A stretch of 64,000 nucleotides of DNA from Macrostomum lignano (taxonomy: Eukaryota), in contig NIVC01001183.1 in the NCBI GenBank assembly GCA_002269645.1, forward strand, positions 186,001-250,000. Direction: 5' to 3'. This document shows, piece after piece, positions 50,051 to 60,781 of this stretch. Made by a program: the position numbers and the translations under genes. The notes below the pieces were generated by a model that saw nothing but the letters and a program-made list of their open reading frames with translations, was not told the origin of the DNA and ran no database searches. The first letter of the stretch is position 1. Every line of letters begins with the position of its first letter.

Positions 50051-52047
50051 TATTCCCGGATCCTCAAAACGATCCCATACTAACAAATCGCAGTTATTTT
50101 CAGAGCCGTGTTGTTCTTTAATTCCATAATTTCCCATAATTATTGTCATTGACTTTTGCTTGAAAAGGCTAGTACGCTATTAGATTGGCAACTCTTATTA
50201 CAGATTCCACAGGTACTCAGTTCGACTGTACTCCTGCATGCACGTACAGTTCTAGCCACCAAGTGTACATTGTGGTTCTGGCTGAAAATCGAAGACCATT
50301 TACGAGTAAATGATTTTTGTAAACTATTTCATATTATTGATTTTGCTGTTGCTACAATTGGAAAATGATGTTTTTTTACTGCGCGGTTCGCTGCTCTTCT
50401 CGTGTTACTTGCATTCTAGCCCAGTCTGTTAATCATCACGAATAGTTTTTCACTGTAATATATTGAACTGCCTGTTACCAGGTTTGTGCGTATTTTTTTA
50501 AAACAACTACATTTTTCTAAACTACCGGGTATTGATTGCTCCGCCTTTTTTCTTTATCCGTAGTGTACGATTTACTTGCAGATGTAAATGTAGGTGTGAA
50601 TTTATTTTTAGAAACACCGGTCTGCGGCATATCGCAACTTACTCTGTGCTTATTTCTGTAAGCTACTAACCGCGGCCAAACCTGTGTGGTGTCTACCAAT
50701 AGAGACAAAAACATAGTACGCCGCATTTAATTTTGCAAGTAAGAATTTGGAACGCGCTCCACTCAGCACGACCCCGCGCTTATTTGCATCTATGCATAAA
50801 TAATTATACGATCGACAATTTTCCGCCCTAAAAGAAATAATATTTGTTTGCAAAGCATTTCCGTAGAAGCTTACTTAAAGTAGAGCAGTAAGAAAACTTC
50901 AAAAAACTAAACTTGTTAAATAGTAAAACGGCTTCAGTAACTTCTCAATTTCTCAACTTCCCAATCATCAATCACTAAGCTTGCAACCCCCCTTGTATGA
51001 TAAAGCAGTAAATAAAAAAAGTTAAAATGAAGCAGCGCAATTTAAGTGTCCAAAGCCGAGAGTTCTTGATCGCCCAGTAGTTTTTCTCATCGTTTACCGA
51101 CCGTTGTAGCTCCCGGCAAAAACGGCGGGAGCACAAAGAAGTTTTAGATAACTCGTATTATATTGTTTGGTTGTGGTTAAGCCGCCGCAGGTTTTCAATG
51201 CTCGCCAACAAAAACTAACAAATAAACAAGAACACACTGCATAACACTTTAGTAAAAATGATTAATAACAGTAAATAATATTACAATAATAGTAAGAACA
51301 GCCCTACATCAGGAGAGGCCAAATTAAACTGAACGATAAGCTGGCTGGTGTTGGTGCCTGGGCTGGCGGATGTAGGTTAGGAAAAATGCACGGAGCTGCA
51401 AAAAAACAAATGTCAGTCGAACAGAAGAATGGATTACGCATCCAGAGCCCGGGCGTGTGCTCAGCTATTGAGTTGAAAGGGAGATGAACTCTTAGTCCAG
51501 GCTGACGGAACAGTGCAATTTAGAGGGATTGGTCAAATTCCGTTGTGATTTTACGTATTAATTTAGTTGATAATTTAAATCATGCCACATACTACTACTA
51601 CTACTACTATTAATTTTTAAAGTACACGAAGTTCTGCATACTCGTACATATATATTATTGGACTAAACCCGCATATATTTGTTGCCATACGCTAAACCAG
51701 TAGACAGACGAAAAGAGAGGGGTTGGGGCGAAGGAAAATTAGCAACAAAAGCTGACAGAAGAATGAATGAATGAATGCACTGACGACCGATGACTAAAGT
51801 GCGAATTCAAGATCATCATACGTTCACTCATTAAACAATTGTAGAGCGATAATTATTAATGACAAAACAGAGAAACACAAAACATTGGGGCCAGAGGTGG
51901 ACAGTTATTCATAAAAAATTCAAATATTATAAATACAGCTTGTTTACAAAACTGTGTTGCAAGCAAGCAATATTCTGCAAGGTTGAAACCGGCCCTAAAA
52001 TTTTCCGAGCTTATAGAAAAACCGGTAGATGCTGAACTGTCGGCTCA

Positions 52048-52067
52048 CTAATAATCAGCTCGGCCGC
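52048..52067 (-). CDS. Candidate alternative terminal coding exon of the hnRNP A gene (G-GRADY-stop)
   Basis: A phase-1 donor G|GTAACT at 53617 and acceptor ttctcatttacag (AG 52069-52068) join in frame to give ...RGGRGGRADY*. Confidence 0.6.
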
Positions 52068-52119
52068 CTGTAAATGAGAATGGCATAATAATGAGATGGT
52101 TGTGGCGGCTTCTCAGCAA

Positions 52120-53570
52120 CTGCTAAAGCAACAGGGATGGTGCCAACTAAAGCAACAGGGATGGTGCCAACTAATGGAACAGGGGTGGCGCCAACTAATG
52201 GAACAGGGATGGTGCCAACTAAAGCAACAGGGATGGTGCCAACTAATGGAACAGGGGTGGCGCCAACTAATGGAACAGGGATGGTGCCAACTAATGGAAC
52301 AGGGGTGGCGCCAACTAATGGAACAGGGATGGTGCCAACTAATGGTACAGGGATGGTGCCAACTAATGGAACAGGGGTGGCGCCAACTAAAGTAACAGAG
52401 GGTGGCGCCAACTAAAGCAACAGGGATGGTGCCAACTAATGGAACAGGGGTGGCGCCAACTAATGGAACAGGGATGGTGCCAACTAAAGCAACAGGGATG
52501 GTGCCAACTAATGGAACAGGGGTGGCGCCAACTAATGGAACAGGGATGGTGCCAACTAATGGAACAGGGGTGGCGCCAACTAATGGAACAGGGATGGTGC
52601 CAACTAATGGTACAGGGATGGTGCCAACTAATGGAACAGGGGTGGCGCCAACTAAAGTAACAGAGGGTGGCGCCAACTAATGGAACAGGGGTGGCGCCAA
52701 CTAATGGAACAGGGGTGGCGCCAACTAATGGAACAGGGATGGTGCCAACTAATGGAACAGGGATGGTGCCAACTAAAGTAACAGGGGTGGCGCCAACTAA
52801 TGGAACAGGGGTGGCGCCAACTAATGGAACAGGGATGGTGCCAACTAATGGAACAGGGATGGTGCCAACTAATGGAACAGGGATGGTGCCAACTAATGGA
52901 ACAGGGATGGTGCCAACTAATGGAACAGGGGTGGCGCCAACTAATGGAACAGGGATGGTGCCAACTAATGGAACAGGGATGGTGCCAACTAAAGTAACAG
53001 GGGTGGCGCCAACTAATGGAACAGGGGTGGCGCCAACTAATGGAACAGGGATGGTGCCAACTAAAGTAACAGGGGTGGCGCCAACTAATGGAACAGGGGT
53101 GGCGCCAACTAATGGAACAGGGATGGTGCCAACTAATGGAACAGGGATGGTGCCAACTAATGGAACAGGGATGGTGCCAACTAATGGAACAGGGATGGTG
53201 CCAACTAATGGAACAGGGGTGGCGCCAACTAATGGAACAGGGATGGTGCCAACTAATGGAACAGGGATGGTGCCAACTAATGGAACAGGGGTGGCGCCAA
53301 CTAATGGAACAGGGGTGGCGCCAACTAATAGAACAGGGGTGGCGTCAACTAAAGCAACAGGGGTGGCGTCAACTAAAGCAACAGGGATGGTGCCAACTAA
53401 AGTAACAGGGGTGGCGCCAACTAAAGCAACAGGGGTGGCGCCAACTAATGGAACAGGGGTGGCGTCAACTAAAGCAACAGGGATGGCGCCAACTAAAGCA
53501 AAAGGGGTGGCGCCAACTAAAGCAACAGGGGTGGCGCCAACTAAAGCAAAAGGGGTGGCGCCAATGGCAT
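52120..53570. repeat. 24-bp minisatellite GCCAACTAATGGAACAGGG(A/G)TGG(T/C) with a 265-bp internal duplication
   Basis: About 60 copies. The block starting at 52137 repeats at 52402. Confidence 0.95.
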
Positions 53571-53609
53571 GTAAAGAAAGCGAAAAGGCACATTAACACG
53601 TTTATTTAC

Positions 53610-54566
53610 TTAGTTACCTCGCCCGCCGCGGTAGCCGCCGCCAGGGAAGCCGCCTCGACCTACTGGGCCGCCGCCGACCGGGCCGCCACCTCGCGCACCA
53701 CCGTAAGGCTGGAATCGCTGCGGCCCGCCGCCGTAGCCTCCGCCAGGCTTCGATGGTCCACCGCCGTAGCCCTGGCCGCCGTAGGAGCCGAAACCGTCGC
53801 CGTTTTCATAGCCGCCGCCGCCTCCGTAGCCATCGTAGCCAGCTCCGTTTCCGTAGCCGTCTCCATAGCCGTAGCCGACGCCTCCATAGCCCCCATAACC
53901 GCCGCCTCCATAGCCGCCGCCGTAGCCGCCTCCATACCCGCCACCACCGTAGCCGTAGCCATATCCGCCGGGACCCGGCTGCTGTCTAGATCTAATAATA
54001 GCCATCTGTTCGCGGGAGACAGCCTTTTTACAATCGACTCGTTGACTGCCGCTAATAGCATGCGGCTTGTGCAATATGGCCTTGTCAACGGAGTCCGGAT
54101 CGCGATAGGTGACGAATCCAAATCCGCGCGGCTTGCCAGTATCCCTAGAGATGGCAATTTCAACCGCTTGCACTTCGCCGAATTGGCTGAAATAATCGCG
54201 CACCTGCTCCTCGGTGGTGTCCGGGCCTAAGCCGCCTAGGAACATCTTGTCGGCGCGAGCGTTGCTAGTGTCTCTTGGGGCTTCGGTTCGAGGCATAGCC
54301 CGTTTAGTTTCCACCTCTCGGCCGTCTAGCACGTGCGGCCTGGCAGCTTGAGCAGCGTCAACACCGGACTCATCCGAGAAAGTGACAAAGCCAAAGCCGC
54401 GCGGCCGGCCGGTGCCCCGATCCTTCATTACAACAACATCGGCTAGTTCGCCATATTGTCCAAAATGATGCCGAAGCTCTTCGTCGCTAATATTGGCAGA
54501 TAGGCCGCCAACAAATAGTTTGCGCAATTGTGTACCATCACTCTGGTTCATGTCATAGTGTGCCAT
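53610..54566 (-). CDS. hnRNP A1/A2-family protein (two RRMs plus Gly/Tyr-rich tail), 318 aa
   Basis: RRM1 has LRKLFVGGL and RGFGFVTF, the linker is DGREVETKRAMPR, RRM2 has KMFLGGL and PRGFGFVTY, followed by a GGY-rich low-complexity domain. The exact vertebrate paralogue cannot be assigned. Confidence 0.93.
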   Translation of the reverse strand: MAHYDMNQSDGTQLRKLFVGGLSANISDEELRHHFGQYGELADVVVMKDRGTGRPRGFGFVTFSDESGVDAAQAARPHVLDGREVETKRAMPRTEAPRDTSNARADKMFLGGLGPDTTEEQVRDYFSQFGEVQAVEIAISRDTGKPRGFGFVTYRDPDSVDKAILHKPHAISGSQRVDCKKAVSREQMAIIRSRQQPGPGGYGYGYGGGGYGGGYGGGYGGGGYGGYGGVGYGYGDGYGNGAGYDGYGGGGGYENGDGFGSYGGQGYGGGPSKPGGGYGGGPQRFQPYGGARGGGPVGGGPVGRGGFPGGGYRGGRGN

Positions 54567-55439
54567 AGTTTAGCTGTTTTCTATTTGTTGTGTTCATGAA
54601 TTATCATTATGTTTTATATTGAGATACAGAAAGATACATACAGTACTACTTAACACCACTACAGCTATAGTAGTACTTGCATATCTACTATACTTTATAA
54701 AAAAGTTTTTTATCTGTGTATCTAGGTACATGATTGATTGACATCTATCGTGGCTAAGAAATTGCTGAGTGCTAAGAGGATAATTTTTCGAAAACAAGAG
54801 CAGAACTTTTTATTTATGAATGCATTGTGTGCAATTTCAATTGAAATTGAATATCATGATTGTATCATAAGGTAGCGCCCAGTTTATCAGAGTTCAATTG
54901 CACAATCAGAGCACAGCATAGCACAAGACTACATTGCAACTTAGATTTGATTTAGATCGTGTCACCAATCATAGATTTAACTTTTATGAGACTGGTACTT
55001 AATTATACTTAACAAAAGAAGGAAAAACACACATTGGTAAGTGTATAAAAGAGAACTGAAAGGTATACAACTTTTTATTAAATGTTTCAATAAATTTTCA
55101 AAGTCTACAGATGCACACTAAGCAGTGCACACTTTGTGTACTGAGCCTTTGTGCGTTTTATGACTGACTCTCAATGGTGGGAATGAGGAATAGCCTTTTT
55201 TAAGCCCCAGAAAATTTTTCAGGCTGCATTATTTTATAAAGGACTTGTAAATTACAGCTACAAATTCTTTTTTTAGGTTTTGCAAATTGAGCAATTGAAT
55301 CAGAAAACTGGTTTTTTGCAGGCTTTACACTAAATATTTATAAGCACTAAACAACTCCTAGCATAAATATTTGCTAAACAGTGTTTACAAAAGTTTAACT
55401 ATTGCATAGTTTCAATTCTCTTGTATTTTATATCTAAAG

Positions 55440-55742
55440 CAGGGGTTGGAAAACTCTACCTTGTAGGCAATATGCAGCCTATAAAGCCTCTTTATCTGGC
55501 CCTTAAGTCCTTTGAAACTTTACAAAAGCAATCTAATCCACTCAAGGTTTGTGTCTGATCTTAGCTCTCTGCTCGCTATTAAACTCTATTCCTTTTTTCT
55601 CTTTTCCTATTATCTTAACTTTACCTCACCTTTCTCTTAGCTATTTCTTTTCTTTATTTCTTTTCCTCTCTCCCTTTTTGACCTGCAATTATGTACTACT
55701 TTTTATATCTAGCCCATGAGATAAAAAGTTTGCCAAACTAGG
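55440..55742. mobile_element. Degenerate hAT-type MITE
   Basis: CAGGGGTTGGAAAAC ... GTTTGCCAAACTAGG, with flanks ATCTAAAG and ACCTAAAG. CT-rich interior. Confidence 0.6.
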
Positions 55743-56661
55743 ACCTAAAGTAAATAATCAAATTGAGCAAAGCTATAATAATACAATGAAAAATTCTAGT
55801 CAAAAGAACAATGGCATTTGGGCCATTTTTATTCCAATTAAGTTTTACTGTCACTACTACTAGCAAAGGTGTAGCCAAGGGAGGAACACTAAGGACATGT
55901 CCTTCTTAGAGGGGGGAGATATTTTTTATTGCCTTCGTACTTTATTTCTAACATTTATTGGAAATTTATTTGTCTTTGTCCTTCTCCAATAGTCTAGATC
56001 ATACTGGATGCTTGCCTAAACAAAAATAGAATAGTTACAAATGCACAACAAAACAAATCAAGTGCATACCTATACTCTCACATCTAGGCCAATGTTGCAA
56101 CAATTAATAACCTTTTTTGCATTGCATAAAGGACCTTTTTTGGCTTATATAATTTGGTTGATTATTTATCTTTTTTTGCCTACATTAATAATAAAAGAAA
56201 ATTAATATAAAAACTATTGTTTTAAATTAAATTGCCCAATTATAATCCTGAAAACTAGAACATTTAAAATTTACATTAGGAATGAACTTTCTAATCTTTT
56301 TTCCATTTAATATGCTTAAAATAGACTCTTCTTTGTGATTTTAGAAAGTGCATAACAGGTATGCACACATAATATTTTCTTAGGAATAATGCATACCAAC
56401 AGTGCATATTTAACTTTTGACTTGCAAGGCCAATACATTTTTGGGTATATACTATATGATTTAGAGTATGGGTCCTTTTTTCTTGATATAAATATAAGTT
56501 TTTCTTGCTTTTTAATTTTTGATATTAATAAAACTTTTTATTTTTGACTGATTTTATTTAATTACAGATTTGTAATGACCTTTATCAAGCTTTTGATTTT
56601 ATTTAAGAATATTTCAATAATAACTCAAATCAAATTTATATATCTTTTGCTTACCTTAGTT

Positions 56662-57235
56662 GCCCTATTAGAATAAATGTTGAAAACTTGTGGACGAGTG
56701 CTTTAGAAAGAGTCAAATTATTTTACCGCACTTTAGGATTATCAGAAATCATTTTCTGTCAAAATCAAAATTTGCTAACTTTCCAAAATTGTAAAAATTT
56801 TTTCCAAAATCAGAATTCAGAAAAGCAGAGTTTACTGTGACCAAAACTCACTTTTTTACTCTTGATTTACTGCTTATGCAAAACAAAATGCATGTATTGG
56901 TAGCACAAATTAGTTTATTTTTAGCCACTTTGTTACACACTGCCAAAATTTTGACTTCTGATTTTTTTCAAAATCAAAATTCCAAATTTTGGAAAATCAA
57001 AATCAAAATTTTGGAATATCTCTAAGCATTATATGAGAAATTATGAGTATATAAGCCCCTTCCACAAAGGTATTAGACCCTTTTCCATGTATATTTATTT
57101 GCTAGAGCAGCAGCCAGCAGGAAAGGACAGCGCGCGCGTGTAGGTGCTGCATGCCCATGCATGCATTGTGCTTTAAAAAAATTCTGAAAGCACACTGGAT
57201 GCCGTATACAGTTTTACAACTTTTTCCTATAGGGC
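56662..57235 (+). mobile_element. MITE family A, full-length copy
   Basis: Imperfect TIRs of about 26 bp: GCCCTATTAGAATAAATGTTGAAAAC versus the reverse complement of the right end, GCCCTATAGGAAAAAGTTGTAAAAC. No ORF. Homologous to two other copies. Confidence 0.75.
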
Positions 57236-58014
57236 TTATTTGTTTTTTATTATAATCACAATCCAAAAGCATATATGTTATTGCAAATTAAAAACAAAAA
57301 TATAATTTTTAACAAAAAATAATATATATAAAATAATATATATAACAAAAAATAATTTTTTATTAAAATTGTTATTTAGTTAATTTTTTATAAGCCTTAT
57401 GGAAATTCTAGGATATTTAAAAAATATTTATTGCTCATGTATATATAGAAGGGAATTTGGCAATTGTAAAAAGGCACATATTTAATTATTTTTACCTTAA
57501 ATGAACACCAAAGGCAAAGCATATTTATTGTGATAGGAAACATATTTAATAATATAAAATTGTTCAAAAACCTAGCACAACTTATCAAATAGACAGTGAT
57601 ATAATTTTAATTGCTATAGATAGATAGCAAGAGCTCTAAGGCAAGATTGATATATATTTTGATTGGCTAATAAATGGTATATAACAAGCCAAACAATGAT
57701 TTCCCATGGTATAGCTATTAGATTAGCCAGCTTACACATTATAAAATCTATATAATAGAGCTCTTGGGCCATAGAATATAAGAACATAAGGCTGTTCTTA
57801 CATAAGAACATAAGAATGAATGTAAGACCATAGAATAACTGCCTTGAAGGCATGATATGATGAGGGTTAGCACATGTAGATATCTAGCTATTTGCCTATT
57901 CAGTCATTGCAAGTAATGATTAGGGAAAATCAGTTGAAACTTTTTAAGATAAAGGTTTGTAACAACTACAAGGTTATAATTTAAAGGCAATTATTACTTG
58001 TCTAGTGACTAGAC

Positions 58015-58813
58015 CAGGGGTTGGCAAACTTTTTATATTAAGGGCCAGACAAAGAACTTAGCGCATGACTGCGGGCGAGAGGATGGGAGAAAATAGAGAG
58101 AATAGAGGAGAGAGATAAGAGGAGTGACACCCCTAGAGGACATTCTGCTTCTCAAACTTTAGCAGATCTTGTCTCTGTGCCATTCTTAGCAGATCTTCTC
58201 AATCTGACCGGTTCTTGCAGGATCTTCTAAGATGGGAGGTACATTTGTTTTGTTAATTATTTGGCTAAAGTGTATGACCTGAACCATATTTATTTTATAT
58301 GTTTATTTTAATTGTCAATATTTTATATTTTATATTAATTATGGGTGAATAATTTTAAGAAAATATGCGATTCGAAGTTATAAAAAGACATAAAACCTAA
58401 GATCTTGTACGATGTAGCAAGTCGCCTAGATCTGGTATGTTTACCTAAGTATTATCATAGCAAAGATCTTGCACGATCTTGCAAGTACTTGCACAGCAAC
58501 CCAAGAAGTTGGATAAGATCTGTTAAGAATCAACAAGTCAATGTCTTCTAAGGAAACGATCAGGGTGAGAGGCAAGGCGAAAAAAGAGAAGCGCTGAAGA
58601 GAGGAGGGGAGAGGAGAGAGAGAGGAGAGGAGAGGAGAGGAAAGGAGAGAGGAGAGGAGAGAGAGGTGAGAAGAGGGGATGAAAGGAGCTGAGAAAAAAA
58701 ACACGAACCCTGAGCGGGCCGAATTGCTTGTGAAGTTTCAAAGGATCCGAGCGCCAGATAGAGAGGCTTTTCGGGTCGCATATGGCCCGCGGGCCAGAGT
58801 TTGCCGACCCCTG
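58015..58813. mobile_element. hAT-type MITE with perfect 8-bp TSD
   Basis: TIRs are CAGGGGTTGGCAAAC and GTTTGCCGACCCCTG. TSD GACTAGAC at 58007-58014 and 58814-58821. Internal GA-rich tract. Confidence 0.9.
58131..58553. mobile_element. Probable element nested in the hAT MITE (AGATCTT-rich)
   Basis: Inverted ends CCCTAGAGGACAT and ATGTCTTCTAAGG (11/13 match). It interrupts the GA-rich tract. No clear TSD. Confidence 0.45.
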
Positions 58814-58998
58814 GACTAGACAAATGCTATGTTTCCTTATTTATCTAGTTAATATTAGACAAATAGGCATTTTGTTATTTGTCCAATTAAATTGATATTT
58901 TATTTTATAGAAACTACAAAGGTGAATATTCCTAGACTTTAAAGAATTCTTATTTGAATCTTAATTAGGGCCTATTATATTGTTATACAAGTATATAT

Positions 58999-59620
58999 CC
59001 CCTATTGGAATAAAAGTTGAAAACCTATAGATGCGCACTTTAGAGTAGAGTCAAATTATTTTACCGCACTTTAGCATTATTAGAGATGTTCCATTGCAAT
59101 TGACGAAATCGTCCATTTCAATCTATTGAAATTGAAATTTGATAACTTTCCAAAATTAAAATTGAACTTGAAATTTTCTAAAATCAAAATTTAGAAAAAC
59201 AAAGTTTAATATGACTAACATTTACTTTTTTACGCTTTGATTTATTGCTTATGCAAAACAAAATACATGTATATGTAGCAGAAATTACTTGCTGTTTATT
59301 TTTAGCCACTTAGACACTTTCAAAATTTAGAATTCTGATTTTTTTTGAAATTGAAATTTGCTTTTAAAAATTTTGAATTTTGGAAAATTGAAATAAAATA
59401 ATTTTTGGAACATTGCTAGGTATTATAAATGACAAGTCTATAGGCTCTTTCTACAGAGGTATTAGGCCCCCTTCCATATATATTTATTTGCTTGAGCAGC
59501 AACCAGCAGGGAAAGACATTGCGTGCAGGCGCTGTGCACCTGTGCATGCACTGCACTTCAGAAAAATTTCAAAAGTGTGCCGGACGCCGTCCCCAGTTTT
59601 ACAACTTTTTCCTATAGGGT
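58999..59620 (+). mobile_element. MITE family A, full-length copy
   Basis: Colinear with 56662-57235 (GAGTCAAATTATTTTACCGCACTTTAG, GCTTATGCAAAACAAAAT) with the same termini, CCCTATTGG...CCTATAGGG. Confidence 0.75.
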
Positions 59621-60212
59621 GTATATCTTGGTGTAGGACCAAGACCGCCACACACCAAGACCGCCACACTTGGGGAGCTAAGGGAGAAATTTGAATTTAT
59701 GTGTTATTAGATGGTGCTAGAGAGATGAGTGGGTAAGAGAGCCAGCAGCGAGAAAAAAAAATATGAAAGGAATAGCAATGCTAGAAGATTGGTAGCTCCC
59801 CCTCAATACTAGTAGCCAGTAATAGCTGTGTGGTGGTCTTGGTGTGTGGCAGTCTTAGTCATGCACCGTATATCTTATATACCAAATTGCATATGCATAT
59901 ACATATCTGCTTTATTTGCACTAGAATATAACAAAATATTAAATAAGATATAATATAGGTCTTAAAAATCTAGAATATTCATCACTAAACAAATAGATAC
60001 TTTTAGGCTTATTAGCAATTGATTTTGACAAATAACAAAAAGGCTATTTGTTTAGTCACCAGATAAATAACAATTGCCTAATTTAAAAATCAATCCAAAA
60101 CTTAAGATTTAGATTAGAATGTTATAACTTAACTGAACAGTTTTGTGTCATTAAATATCTCTCTTAATACAATAAATACACTATGGTATGGTCTGGTATC
60201 CATTTCATTTAA

Positions 60213-60781
60213 GGCAGTGCTTATCCCCACGGTACCATAGGAATAATTTCTATCTTATTCCAACGCCGGTACCGTGCGAATAATTTTCTGCTTATCCGCA
60301 CGGCACACTGACGAGATAGCTGCCCTATCTTCTATATATGCCGTGCGAATAATTTTCTGCTTATCCGCACGGCACGCAATTTAAATTATTTGTTACTACA
60401 CAAAAAAATTCTTTCTCATAGAAAAGTCGTTAAATCTTTATTTCTTTAGAACAAATGTTCAAGCCAAGTTATGTTGTTATACTGCACTCAAATTGTATGT
60501 ACTAAACTTCCCACACGGCATATGTAGAAGATAGGGCAGCTATCTCGTCAGTGTGCCGTGCGGATAAGCAGAAAATTATTCGCACGGCATATGTAGAAGA
60601 TAGGGCAGCTATCTCGTCAGTGTGCCGTGCGGATAAGCAGAAAATTATTCGCACGGCATATGTAGAAGATAGGGCAGCTATCTTGTCAGTGTGCCGTGCG
60701 GATAAGCAGAAAATTATTCGCACGGTACTGTTGGAATAAGACAGAAATTATTCCTACGGTACCGTGGGGATAAGCACTGCC
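60213..60781. mobile_element. MULE/foldback element with modular TIRs and 9-bp TSD
   Basis: Long TIRs start GGCAGTGCTTATCCCCACGGTACC and contain 69-bp subrepeats. Perfect TSD TTCATTTAA at 60204-60212 and 60782-60790. Confidence 0.9.

Noticed and set aside
52667-53596. Mucin-like (PTNGTGMV)n ORF with an N-glycosylation sequon in every unit
   Set aside because: It is antisense to the hnRNP A intron, has no signal peptide, and frameshifting units occur at about 52400 and 52665.
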